DNA of 37,843 nucleotides, taken from positions 1 to 37,843 of the forward strand of contig JAPDJF010000035.1 in the NCBI GenBank assembly GCA_029259185.1, given 5' to 3'. Position 1 is the stretch's first letter, and the number at the start of each line of letters is the position of its first letter. A program made the position numbers and the translations under genes. This DNA is from Hadesarchaea archaeon (GTDB taxonomy: Archaea; Hadarchaeota; Hadarchaeia; Hadarchaeales; WYZ-LMO6). Positions 1 to 8,729 of this stretch are shown piece by piece. The notes under the pieces were generated by a model. It saw only the letters and a list, made by a program, of their open reading frames with translations, did not search any database and was not told where the DNA came from.

Positions 1-128
1 CTGGGACGGCCCGAGCGAACGCCTGCGGAGATTGGGCCTCTACCCCGCGTTCCGGCTTCGGCTGTGGTCGCAGGGCATGTTCCGTCGCTGAGGCAGGAAG
101 CCCCCTGCGAGAGCTGGGGGTAGTTCAT
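1..128 (+). mobile_element. Right end / putative omegaRNA (reRNA) region of an IS200/IS605-family tnpB element, truncated by the window start
   Basis: GCCTGCGGAG...GAGGCAGGAAG-CCCCC-TGCGAGAGCT-GGGGG-TAGTTCAT: GAAG at the foot of a subterminal hairpin followed by GTAGTTCA, a typical tnpB right-end layout. Confidence 0.75.
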
Positions 129-917
129 ATGATGAAGGTCCTCCCGGTTATCAACCACCCCGCGCTTTCCGTTCAGTTGGACTCTGAGCGAGTATTGATA
201 GTGGCCGATCTGCACTTGGGGGTGGAAGGAGAACTCTCGACGAGAGGGGTCTCTCTTCCCAGTCAGGTTCCGAACGTTAAGCGGAGGCTTGAAGAGCTTA
301 TCCGGAAAGAAAAACCCGATCGATTGGTTCTCCTAGGAGATGTTAAGCACAACGTGCCTGCAAGCACTTGGCAAGAGTGGACCGAACTCCCATCACTCTT
401 CCGCGAGCTCTCGAAATTGACTGAGGTGGAAATCGTGAAGGGGAATCACGATGGAGACATAGAGGGGATGGTGGTTCCTGGCGTCACCGTTCATGGTGCT
501 CGGGGCATAGTGTTGGGTGGAAAAAAACGCGTGGGATTGATGCATGGTCACACTTGGCCTGCTCCGAGCCTGTGGAAAACAGAGCTCTTGATTTGTGCTC
601 ACAATCATCCGGCGGTAGAGTTCAGATTGGGGGGGAGGATCATAGAGCCGGTGTGGCTCAGGTGTCAGATTGACGTGTCGAAGTTACCGACGAAGCAGCG
701 CAAGCTAGTCCGAAAGGCCCCAAAGCTCTTGGTGATGCCAGCGTTTGGCGAGCTGGTCGGGGGATTCCCGGTTAACAGGTCTATTCCAGAAGGGCTTTTG
801 GGACCCCTCTTCAGATCGGGAGCAGTAAGGCTTTCCGAAGCCGAGGTGTACTTGCTAGACGGTGCCTATTTGGGCCGGGTAAGGCAGCTCCCGGGGGTTA
901 ATGACTTTGAGGACTGA
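129..917 (+). CDS. Calcineurin-like metallophosphoesterase (archaeal ICC-like family)
   Basis: Motifs ADLHLG, LLGDVKH, KGNHDG, MHGH, AHNHP. Confidence 0.88.
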   Translation: MMKVLPVINHPALSVQLDSERVLIVADLHLGVEGELSTRGVSLPSQVPNVKRRLEELIRKEKPDRLVLLGDVKHNVPASTWQEWTELPSLFRELSKLTEVEIVKGNHDGDIEGMVVPGVTVHGARGIVLGGKKRVGLMHGHTWPAPSLWKTELLICAHNHPAVEFRLGGRIIEPVWLRCQIDVSKLPTKQRKLVRKAPKLLVMPAFGELVGGFPVNRSIPEGLLGPLFRSGAVRLSEAEVYLLDGAYLGRVRQLPGVNDFED

Positions 918-988
918 ATTGGGTTCTGAGGGTGGTGAAGGATTCACTCCCAAAAAAAGAAAAGAGGGCGATGCGTGGTGTTGGGATC

Positions 989-1582
989 TCACCGTCTTCT
1001 CCGAGTTTTGTAGAAAACGAGAACAATGAGCAGGATCGCTGCGATTATCCCCACCGCGGTTCCTAGGGATGAAGTTCCACCTTCACCTTCTCCTATGTTC
1101 ACATAGATGTATTTCCAGTTCAGCAGGAGCCCTTCACCCCATGCACCCGTCCGGATCATGTACGTTCCGGGAGTAGAGGGGTTGACAACATCTCTTATGG
1201 TTATGGTGATCGTGCTCCCAGCGTCGATCGCATTGGAAGGATCGAGGCTCATTTTCACAGCTCTATACGAGTATCCATCCTCTTCGTAGTCGCTCACGGA
1301 GAAAGTCGGAATTCCAGAATAACCTGTTTGTGTGATGTCGAGGGCGTTGTCGACCGCACCCAAGTCGTATCCTTCCGGGAACATCACCACTAGCCAACCG
1401 TTTTCCGGAACACCGATGTCGAGTGTGAAGGTAATCGTGTAGGTAGTTGTCGCTCCGGTCCGTAGGTCTGTGGCTTCTACCGTGGAGGTAAGCGCACTCA
1501 CTCCAAGAGGTAGCGCGGAGATGAGCAGTAGCACGAGTAGCCACCTGATCGTGGTGGATGTCATCTCCCCCATATCCAACAC
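989..1582 (-). CDS. Hypothetical secreted, membrane-anchored cell-surface protein (start may be 1573 or 1564)
   Basis: N-terminal hydrophobic signal (RWLLVLLLISALPLGVSA), Thr-rich beta-type body, Gly linker, C-terminal TM helix followed by KTRRRR. Confidence 0.7.
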   Translation of the reverse strand: MLDMGEMTSTTIRWLLVLLLISALPLGVSALTSTVEATDLRTGATTTYTITFTLDIGVPENGWLVVMFPEGYDLGAVDNALDITQTGYSGIPTFSVSDYEEDGYSYRAVKMSLDPSNAIDAGSTITITIRDVVNPSTPGTYMIRTGAWGEGLLLNWKYIYVNIGEGEGGTSSLGTAVGIIAAILLIVLVFYKTRRRR

Positions 1583-1641
1583 CTCGGGCCCTCTTTAGAG
1601 GCTTCCGTGAGATAAGGGAGTGGGAGTATTTAACTTAACCC

Positions 1642-1841
1642 CTAACTCCGCACGATTTTAGGGAATAATTCTAGCTCTAGTCCGAGCGTTTCGGCAAGCG
1701 TCCTTGTCCTCTTTGGTATCTCGAAAATGATCATCCGATCTCCAACCTCAATGGCATAGATCTTGGAGAGTTCCAGAAGCGCGTCCCTCACACTAATCCG
1801 CTTGTTGACCCCGATCCCCATCAGCCGTTTGAGAAGGAGGC
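1642..1841 (-). pseudogene. C-terminal fragment of an archaeal IS1634-like DDE transposase, with probable element end CCTAACTCCGCA at about 1641
   Basis: ISVRDALLELSKIYAIEVGDRMIIFEIPKRTRTLAETLGLELELFPKIVRS* resembles C-termini of archaeal IS1634-type transposases; cut off at the IS607 junction. Confidence 0.6.
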
Positions 1842-2084
1842 GAGTAACAGTTGCCGATAACTTCACAAATACTAATACAATTGATGGCACTAATGGAAAT
1901 AAAGGAGGCTGCAAAGTACACGAGATTACACCCCATACCCTACGGAAGTACATCGATCAAGGAGTAATAAAGGGAGTGAGAATCGGAAAACATCGTTACG
2001 TGGAGAAGGCGGAGCTGGACAGATTGATGGGAAGCCCGCTTGGGGTGGCCATTTACGCGAGGGTCTCGGCAAAGAAACAACAGG
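1842..2084 (+). repeat. 243-bp inverted repeat, copy 1 (IS607 left end plus 5' tnpA)
   Basis: Reverse complement of 3642-3884; I found one mismatch (2080). Confidence 0.95.
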
Positions 2085-2205
2085 TTCGCTGCAACGGAGG
2101 CTACCGGAAATCCCTGGTATCCGGGGCTCTCCTTCGCGGGGAGCTTGAAAACCGACCTACCATGTATTCGGGTGGAGATATGTTAGGTTATTGGGACCAA
2201 GTGAG
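1845..2205 (+). mobile_element. Miniature IS607-family element: left end, frameshifted 5' serine-recombinase fragment, then putative right end/omegaRNA ending in TGAG
   Basis: Preceded by CGAG; 6-bp subterminal repeats ACAAAT/ACTAAT/ACAATT (1865-1882); HTH + IYARVS fragment; 2085-2205 is hairpin-rich (GCTCTCC-TTCGC-GGGGAGC; ACCTA...TAGGT) and ends GTGAG. Confidence 0.6.
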
Positions 2206-2333
2206 CAACAGGTGACTAGGTGGCCCTCACTTGAACTCCCGCCTGAGACGACGCAAAAAGATATAAATTACTGCCAACACTGCAGCCAAAATGAGGTATT
2301 CGATCGCCCTCGCCAGAGGTTGCACCTCCAAGA

Positions 2334-2528
2334 TCACCTCAACTCGCTCAGGAGGCGTGCAGCACGCTTTCTTCCGAGCAATTTCTCCAGTTCCTGTTCA
2401 GAGCCTTCTCGCCATCGCCTCAGTATTTCCTCCACCTGCTCCACTTGACCCGGGGCGAGATCCCTGACCGCCTTCAGCAAGCGCTTTTTATTCCTCAGCA
2501 CGTCTTCGGGTCTGAAAACCGCACCCAT
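2334..2528 (-). CDS. Small hypothetical helical protein (64 aa)
   Basis: ATG start, charged amphipathic composition like host proteins; no family recognised. Confidence 0.5.
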   Translation of the reverse strand: MGAVFRPEDVLRNKKRLLKAVRDLAPGQVEQVEEILRRWREGSEQELEKLLGRKRAARLLSELR

Positions 2529-2594
2529 ATTTCAAGGTTTCGATTTTGAACCTATTAGGCTTTGGCTCGCCATTCACATGTTGAGCTGGAATAA

Positions 2595-3526
2595 ATGAAG
2601 AAAACCAAGGGAATTGAGATAAAGAAGGTCGGCAACAACTACTACGCATACCGAGTCACGATGGTCTGGGACAAACAGCTCAAAAGGCGGAGGAAGATTC
2701 CCCGCTACCTCGGAAAGTGGATCAACGGGAAGATAGTCCGCACCACGAAGCGCAGACTCGGCGGAGTGTATGAGTTCGGGAACATCGCCTAGTCTGGCAG
2801 GAACTGGAAGACAGTGAACTGAACAAGCTGCTCGAGACGCACTTTCCCAACGTGAGTTCTTCAACGCGCTCATCACGACGGACGAAAAGCTCGTCTACGA
2901 CATGTCTGCGATCTTCAGCTACTCCAAGAACCTCAACCTCGCAAAGCTGGTTTCAAGGCGTGACAAGTTCCTCCTCCCGCGCATAAACTTGCTCCTCGCG
3001 TTCTCGAGATTCAAACGACAACCGTGCTACGTGAGGCTTGTTCCGGGCTCCGTGATGAGCGTGAAGACTCTGCGCGTTTTCGTCGAGGAAATCCGCGATA
3101 AATCGGCTTTTCTGATTCTCGACAAGGGATTTCTCGATCGGCACAACCTCGAGGTTCTGGACGGTGCTGGCTTCAACTTCATCCTGCTCTTGCGCCGGAA
3201 CAGCAGGCTCATCGACTACCGGAAGCGGATGTCCGGATGGTTCATCTTCAGGGGCGAGCCATCAAGTGCACTTCCTATCCTCGCGGGCGGTTCTACGTCT
3301 ACCTCTTTGAAGACATCCTCTGAAAGCCACGGAGGAGAACGAGTTCTACAACCAGAAGGCGAGCGGGGCCTCCCGACCTTCCACTTGGAGTGGGCTGGAA
3401 AGATCGCCCTGATCTCAAACGTCAAGCTCAGGCCCCAAGAAGCGTTTCAACTCTACAAGTCCAGAGACGATATCAAGCGAGCCTTCCATGTGTTCAAGAA
3501 CCTGCTCCAGGCCGACACGCCCCACC
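2595..3526 (+). pseudogene. IS1634-like DDE transposase, N-terminal/central part, with stops and frameshifts
   Basis: YYAYRVTMVWDKQLKRRRKIPRYLGK N-terminus, ILDKGF, LYKSRDDIKRAF; stop at 2790-2792; fused to the IS607 fragment after ADTPHL. Confidence 0.8.
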
Positions 3527-3881
3527 TTCCTGTTCTCGTTCACTCCAGAAGCCACGTCTTCGATTACATCGATAACTTTCAACTTGTTTGTTACGCAGTA
3601 GCTCAGCAGCCTTTCTCTCTGCCTGTTCAGGTTCCCGGCATCCTGCTGTTTCTTTGCCGAGACCCTCGCGTAAATGGCCACCCCAAGCGGGCTTCCCATC
3701 AATCTGTCCAGCTCCGCCTTCTCCACGTAACGATGTTTTCCGATTCTCACTCCCTTTATTACTCCTTGATCGATGTACTTCCGTAGGGTATGGGGTGTAA
3801 TCTCGTGTACTTTGCAGCCTCCTTTATTTCCATTAGTGCCATCAATTGTATTAGTATTTGTGAAGTTATCGGCAACTGTTA
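3527..3881 (-). mobile_element. IS607-family left end plus truncated, frameshifted serine recombinase tnpA
   Basis: MEIKEAAKY...HTLRKYIDQG HTH, IYARVSAKKQQDAGNLNRQ catalytic Ser motif, IEDVASGVNENRK; starts right after TGAG, which contains the ychF stop. Confidence 0.85.
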
Positions 3882-3884
3882 CTC
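3642..3884 (-). repeat. 243-bp inverted repeat, copy 2
   Basis: Reverse complement of 1842-2084. Confidence 0.95.
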
Positions 3885-5085
3885 ACCTTCCCTTAGCTGA
3901 GACGATGGTTATCACGTCCCCATCTTTGAGTTCGTGGTTTTCCCCCACCCTCCGTTTGGTGCGGGCATCAATAGCGTAGATGAACGAGTCTCCGAGTTCC
4001 GAGTGGATGGTGTAGGCGAATTCCCTCGCAGTGGTTCCCTTAGGCACCAAAAAGGCGTCGGGCAACACATTTCCTTTCTTATCGGTCAGCTTGTTTTCGT
4101 CGTCCACGGGGTAAACGGCTATGAGGTTGAGGAGCGTATACACGGCCTTGTCTATGCACTCTTGAACACCGGTGCTTCCCCATTTCTCCAAATACCTCTC
4201 TATGGATTTGAGAGCGTTCGCTTGCTGAGGTGTCAGAGATTCGGGTTTGAGGATCTCGAACCTTGAGTCTCCAGGAGCATAAGATATCAGCCCCTTTTCA
4301 GCGGCTTTCCTGAGCACGAGTTCGGCCTCTGAGCTCGTGGGTATCACGAGACGTCCATTTCCCTTCAATCTCTGCACGTTCTTTTCAGCGGTGCTTATGT
4401 CCATTTTGTTCGCCACGATCATCATAGGTTTGGAGATCCTCCGAAGCTCCCTCGCCAGCGCTAATAACTGGGAGTCCCCCCATGATTCGGGATTAGAAGG
4501 GTCGATTCCTGCTGACCGGATGGCCTGGGTTACTTGAAATTCACCCACACCCAATCCGCTGAGACGCGTGGCGAGTTCTTTCTCTAGAGCGGTTTGGCGG
4601 AGCTTTGCCGAGTGGGCGAATTTCTTCCACCCTCTCGCCAAGATCTCTTTGAGCCACAAGTCTATCTCGTTCTCCAAAGAAGTGACGTCTTCCAGCGGGT
4701 CGTGTGTCCCGGGGGGACATGGTTTTCCGTCTTCATCGGTTGAACCGGCGGCATCCACCACGTGGAGCAGAGCTGCAGCCATGCGCAGGTTGTCTAGAAA
4801 TCGATTTCCAAGACCTCTCCCCGAATGAGCACCTTTCACGAGTCCCGCGACATCGATCATGCGTACCGGGATGTACCTCGTGCCGTTCACACACTTCGAG
4901 TTTTGGGGGTTACACCTCACCTCGAACTCCCTGCACGGACACCGTCCCCGGACGTACGCTATTCCAACGTTTGCATCGATGGTGGTAAAGGGATAGCCCG
5001 CGGTAGGGGCGTTCGCGAGGGTGGCTGCGTTGAAGAAAGTGCTCTTACCGGTGTTTGGCTTCCCGACCAAGCCGAGTTCTATCAT
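3883..5085 (-). CDS. ychF: Obg-family ATPase YchF
   Basis: GKPNTGKST, YPFTTID, DVAGLV, ANKMD, C-terminal TGS domain. Confidence 0.93.
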   Translation of the reverse strand: MIELGLVGKPNTGKSTFFNAATLANAPTAGYPFTTIDANVGIAYVRGRCPCREFEVRCNPQNSKCVNGTRYIPVRMIDVAGLVKGAHSGRGLGNRFLDNLRMAAALLHVVDAAGSTDEDGKPCPPGTHDPLEDVTSLENEIDLWLKEILARGWKKFAHSAKLRQTALEKELATRLSGLGVGEFQVTQAIRSAGIDPSNPESWGDSQLLALARELRRISKPMMIVANKMDISTAEKNVQRLKGNGRLVIPTSSEAELVLRKAAEKGLISYAPGDSRFEILKPESLTPQQANALKSIERYLEKWGSTGVQECIDKAVYTLLNLIAVYPVDDENKLTDKKGNVLPDAFLVPKGTTAREFAYTIHSELGDSFIYAIDARTKRRVGENHELKDGDVITIVSAKGR

Positions 5086-5423
5086 CTCGAACCCAGAAAC
5101 CGGAAATAGTACCCTAGTTCCTTTTTCTCCCCAAAGCTCCTCAGTCCCATCTCCTTCAGCTGTTTTTTCAGCCGCTCCGCATAGTTCGCGGTTATTTCCT
5201 TCCTCTGCCTCATGAACTCTATGATCTCCAATGCTTCGTCATCCGTTTCGCATCTTCGAATGAAATCTATGATGGTCGGACAGTAGCTATCTTTCTTCGC
5301 TTCCTCCTCAGCCTCATCGGTATCGGTTCGCACGCCCGAAATCCTGACGGTTCCAGCACCTCCGAGCTCCTTTGCGAGGTGAGGGAACCTTTTTCTGAAT
5401 TCTTCTGGAGAGAATTCTCTCAT
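5082..5423 (-). CDS. DUF2095-like archaeal protein (start taken at ATG 5423)
   Basis: FRKRFPHLAKEL, PTIIDFIRRCET, GLRSFGEKKELGYY. Confidence 0.75.
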   Translation of the reverse strand: MREFSPEEFRKRFPHLAKELGGAGTVRISGVRTDTDEAEEEAKKDSYCPTIIDFIRRCETDDEALEIIEFMRQRKEITANYAERLKKQLKEMGLRSFGEKKELGYYFRFLGSR

Positions 5424-5425
5424 CC

Positions 5426-6748
5426 TCACTCCTCCGAAGTCCCCGCTTGGGTTTTCGTTATTCCCTTTGAACTCCACTCTCTCCGCTCCATGGTTGGTCT
5501 TGAGAGGACGATCTCCCCCGGAGGGACATCTTGGTAAATAACCGCTCCAGGGCCTATGGCTGCGTTTGGGCCTATCTTCACCCCCGGGTTTATCATGCAG
5601 TTAACACCGGTTTTGACGTTATCCGCTATGATGGTTCCCAGTTTTCTCCTTCTCGTGCTCACCCTGTTTCCTCCGACCTCCATCTCGATCTCCCCCTCGT
5701 CGAGACGTAGGTTCGCTATCGTCGTACCGGCGCCTAGGTTGCAGTAACTTCCTATGATCGAATCCCCAACGTAAGAGAGGTGGGCGATATTGGTGTGATC
5801 CATCACCACGCTGTTCTTTATTTCCACCCCATGCCCCACCCTGACGTGGTTTCCTATGTAAGTGTGGGGGCGGATGTAGCAGTTCGGTCCTATGTCGCAG
5901 TTCTCTCCTATGTATGTGGGTCCTTCGATGTAGGAGCCTGACCTGATCCTGGATCCATCCCCTACGTATACATTTTCCTGGATGTACGCTCCCACCTCTA
6001 TCTTCCCGTGGATCTCCCCGCTCTGTCGTTTGAGAAAATGTTCGTTCGCTGTCAGGAGATCCCAAGGTCTTCCAAGATCTGCCCAGAACTTAAGGGGTGA
6101 GGCGTAGAAGTGCTTCCCGGCGTCGAGCATGAGTTGGATGGAAGATGTTATTTCGTACTCCCCCCTCTCAGACTTCTCGGTTTTTTTAATGGCCTCGAAT
6201 ATCCCAGGAGTGAAGATGTAAATCCCCGCGTTGGCTATCCTGCTCCTTACCTCGGAGGGCTTTTCCACTATTCCCGCTACGCGATCTCCCTGAAGGGATA
6301 CTATTCCGTAGTGCTTGGGTTCGTCGACCTCGATCGTCGCTATGCATCCTCCGAAGTATTCGTCTCCTCTCTTCTTCTCGTAGAGTTCGACCAATGATCC
6401 CAGCGATTCGGGGTCTGTTAGGGTATCTCCGTTGATCACGAGAAAGTCTTTCCCCTCCACGAATCCTTCCACGAGTGAGATCGCGTTCGCTGTTCCGAGG
6501 AGTTCCTGCTGGTGGACGTATTCTATTTTGATCCCCATCACCGATCCATCGCCATACCTCTTCATGATCTCCTCCCTTCCGTACCCGACCACCATCATCA
6601 GCTCCTCGAATCCTTTCTCTTGGAGGAGGGATATCACCCGGTCGAGCGCGGGTTTTCCCGCCACCGGGAGGAGGAATTTGGGGCGCGTGAACGTCAGGGG
6701 ACGCATCCTCGTCCCCAGACCTGCCGCGAGGATTACAGCTTTCATCAT
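5426..6748 (-). CDS. glmU: Bifunctional sugar-1-phosphate nucleotidylyltransferase/acetyltransferase (archaeal GlmU)
   Basis: ILAAGLGTRMRPLT, SERGEYEIT, hexapeptide repeats, HLSYVGDS. Confidence 0.88.
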   Translation of the reverse strand: MMKAVILAAGLGTRMRPLTFTRPKFLLPVAGKPALDRVISLLQEKGFEELMMVVGYGREEIMKRYGDGSVMGIKIEYVHQQELLGTANAISLVEGFVEGKDFLVINGDTLTDPESLGSLVELYEKKRGDEYFGGCIATIEVDEPKHYGIVSLQGDRVAGIVEKPSEVRSRIANAGIYIFTPGIFEAIKKTEKSERGEYEITSSIQLMLDAGKHFYASPLKFWADLGRPWDLLTANEHFLKRQSGEIHGKIEVGAYIQENVYVGDGSRIRSGSYIEGPTYIGENCDIGPNCYIRPHTYIGNHVRVGHGVEIKNSVVMDHTNIAHLSYVGDSIIGSYCNLGAGTTIANLRLDEGEIEMEVGGNRVSTRRRKLGTIIADNVKTGVNCMINPGVKIGPNAAIGPGAVIYQDVPPGEIVLSRPTMERREWSSKGITKTQAGTSEE

Positions 6749-6781
6749 TTAGCGTTGAACCTTCGGCTAATAAATTTAGAG

Positions 6782-8116
6782 TCATTTGAGAAGTTTCAAA
6801 GCCATGTCGATCCTCTCCTCCGCGATCTTCCTCTCATGGGCTTCAGAGGTAATCCTAATGTATGGCTCGGTTCCCGATGGCCTGACGAGGACCCAGCTGC
6901 CATCATCAAAAACCGTTCTGACCCCGTCCACCGTCTGGATCTCGGAAACTCTCCGGAGTTCGGTTTTCACCCTCGTTAGAAAATTTTTCATCACTTCAGG
7001 CTTTCGCTCTTGGGGGCAGGGAATCTTTTTCCTGAGGATCGGGTATTCTGGTACCTCCTCGACGAGTTCGGAAAGTCTCTTCCCAGTGGCATCGAGCATG
7101 CGTAGGATCATGATGGCCGAGAGGAGACCGTCCGGTGCGAGATGTGCGTTCGGAAATATCCAAGAGCCACTCGGTTCTCCTCCGAACTTTCCCCCAGTTT
7201 TACGCAGAGTCTGTGCCACACTCACGTCTCCCACCTTCGTGCGCACGACCTTTCCACCTTTTTTTTCGATAAAATCCTCCACAACCCTCGATGCGTCCAC
7301 CGTCGTTACCATGATCTCCCCCCTTTCCACAAGATAGGTGGAGATGAGGGCGAGGAGTTTGTCTTGGGGCACGAATCTCCCACGGTCGTCGATAGCAGCT
7401 ATCCTATCGGCGTCGCCGTCATGGGCGAGGCCCACCTCCGCCCCTGTAGATCTCACGATTTTTGCGAGATCCTGAAGATGCTCTGGGGTCGGTTCTAGTC
7501 CTCTTCCAGGGAAGAGCCCGTCCGGGTGAGAATTGAGTGAGGTGACTTTACATCCCATCTCCCGAAGTAGGTGGGGCGTGACGGAACAAGCAGCACCGTT
7601 TCCGCAGTCAATGATTACTTCGTGTTCTCTCTCTAATGGGAAGAGATCTTTCGCCCACTCTTCGTACTGAAGCGCGATCTCCTTTTCTCGGATCTTACCG
7701 ATCCTTCTCCACTCTACAACTTTGGCCTCATCGATCTTCTTCTCAAGTGCTTCCTCGCTCTCGGGCGTGAAAGCGGCGCCCTCCTCATCCCAGCACTTGA
7801 TCCCGTTGTACTCTGGCGGGTTATGGGAGGCGGTTATCATCACTCCGGCGGAGGCGCCCAGCTTTCGTGTACCAAACGCGAGCACGGGGGTCGGAACGAC
7901 TCCGACCTTGATCACGTCGCATCCACCAGCGAGTAGACCTGAGATCACAGCACATTCGATCATCTCCCCGGAGACACGTGTGTCCCTGCCGATGACGACT
8001 TCTCCCGAATTTCCCAAATGGGTTGCTATTCCCAATCCGACCCTGAGGGCCAGACTGGGCTCGATCTCGACGTTGACGACGCCCCTTATGCCGGAGGTAC
8101 CGAAGAGCTTGGACAT
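6782..8116 (-). CDS. glmM: Phosphoglucosamine mutase / phosphohexomutase
   Basis: LFGTSGIRG, TASHNP, DGDADR, GGEPSG, RPSGTEP; adjacent to glmU. Confidence 0.88.
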   Translation of the reverse strand: MSKLFGTSGIRGVVNVEIEPSLALRVGLGIATHLGNSGEVVIGRDTRVSGEMIECAVISGLLAGGCDVIKVGVVPTPVLAFGTRKLGASAGVMITASHNPPEYNGIKCWDEEGAAFTPESEEALEKKIDEAKVVEWRRIGKIREKEIALQYEEWAKDLFPLEREHEVIIDCGNGAACSVTPHLLREMGCKVTSLNSHPDGLFPGRGLEPTPEHLQDLAKIVRSTGAEVGLAHDGDADRIAAIDDRGRFVPQDKLLALISTYLVERGEIMVTTVDASRVVEDFIEKKGGKVVRTKVGDVSVAQTLRKTGGKFGGEPSGSWIFPNAHLAPDGLLSAIMILRMLDATGKRLSELVEEVPEYPILRKKIPCPQERKPEVMKNFLTRVKTELRRVSEIQTVDGVRTVFDDGSWVLVRPSGTEPYIRITSEAHERKIAEERIDMALKLLK

Positions 8117-8120
8117 CGCT

Positions 8121-8729
8121 TTATCCAGGTGGTCGGTGGAGGACCTCCGTTTTTTGAACTTCCACCCTCCTGATGGGGCAGTATTTCTTCGCCAGCTTGT
8201 ATATGTCCGCTGATAGTTTTCCTAGGACGGCCTCTTGAACGAATTGGTCGAAAGTGCGCTCCTTCGCTCGCCCCTCTATCAGAACACCGATCTCCGAGCG
8301 AATAGCCTTTACCTTCGCCCTCGAGACACGTCTGCCGGTAATGACCACGGAGGTGACTTGGATCTCCGTCCCATCCTTCGTTCTGACGGTCGTGATGTGA
8401 TCTACTTTGGTTGCCCTCCTTCGCACTTGGCTCCGCATGAAGTGTTGTGCCAAATCATGTCCCACGAACTCGGTAAATGCTTTCGTCCCATCGACCCTCT
8501 TTATCTGGAAGAAAAGTTTGATGTAGGATTTGGAGACATCCTGTACGAGGTCTCCCAGCGAGGTTTCCACTTTTCTTCCCAAGAGTTGAGCCGGTTCGGA
8601 GGCAGGTGTTTCCCCAACCTTTGTTTCCCCAAACATTGATGGGGCATGGATGTCATACCAAGTTTTCTTCTTCCACATCTTTCCTGCCGCTGTGGACCTG
8701 GGTTTCTCAGCAGGCAACTTTTCACCCAC
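8121..8729 (-). CDS. rps3ae: 30S ribosomal protein S3Ae (eS1)
   Basis: WKKKTWYDIHAPSMFG, LGRKVETSLGDL, PIRRVEVQKTEV. Confidence 0.93.
   Translation of the reverse strand: MGEKLPAEKPRSTAAGKMWKKKTWYDIHAPSMFGETKVGETPASEPAQLLGRKVETSLGDLVQDVSKSYIKLFFQIKRVDGTKAFTEFVGHDLAQHFMRSQVRRRATKVDHITTVRTKDGTEIQVTSVVITGRRVSRAKVKAIRSEIGVLIEGRAKERTFDQFVQEAVLGKLSADIYKLAKKYCPIRRVEVQKTEVLHRPPG

Noticed and set aside
1921-1945. Programmed frameshift in IS607 tnpA
   Set aside because: No slippery heptamer; both copies are truncated, so a shared 1-bp deletion is simpler.
2558-2564. GGCTTTG upstream of the IS1634-like transposase as a TIR matching the tnpB family
   Set aside because: Only 7 bp match, and the other end of that transposase reads CCTAACTCCGCA, so there is no support for it being the mobiliser.
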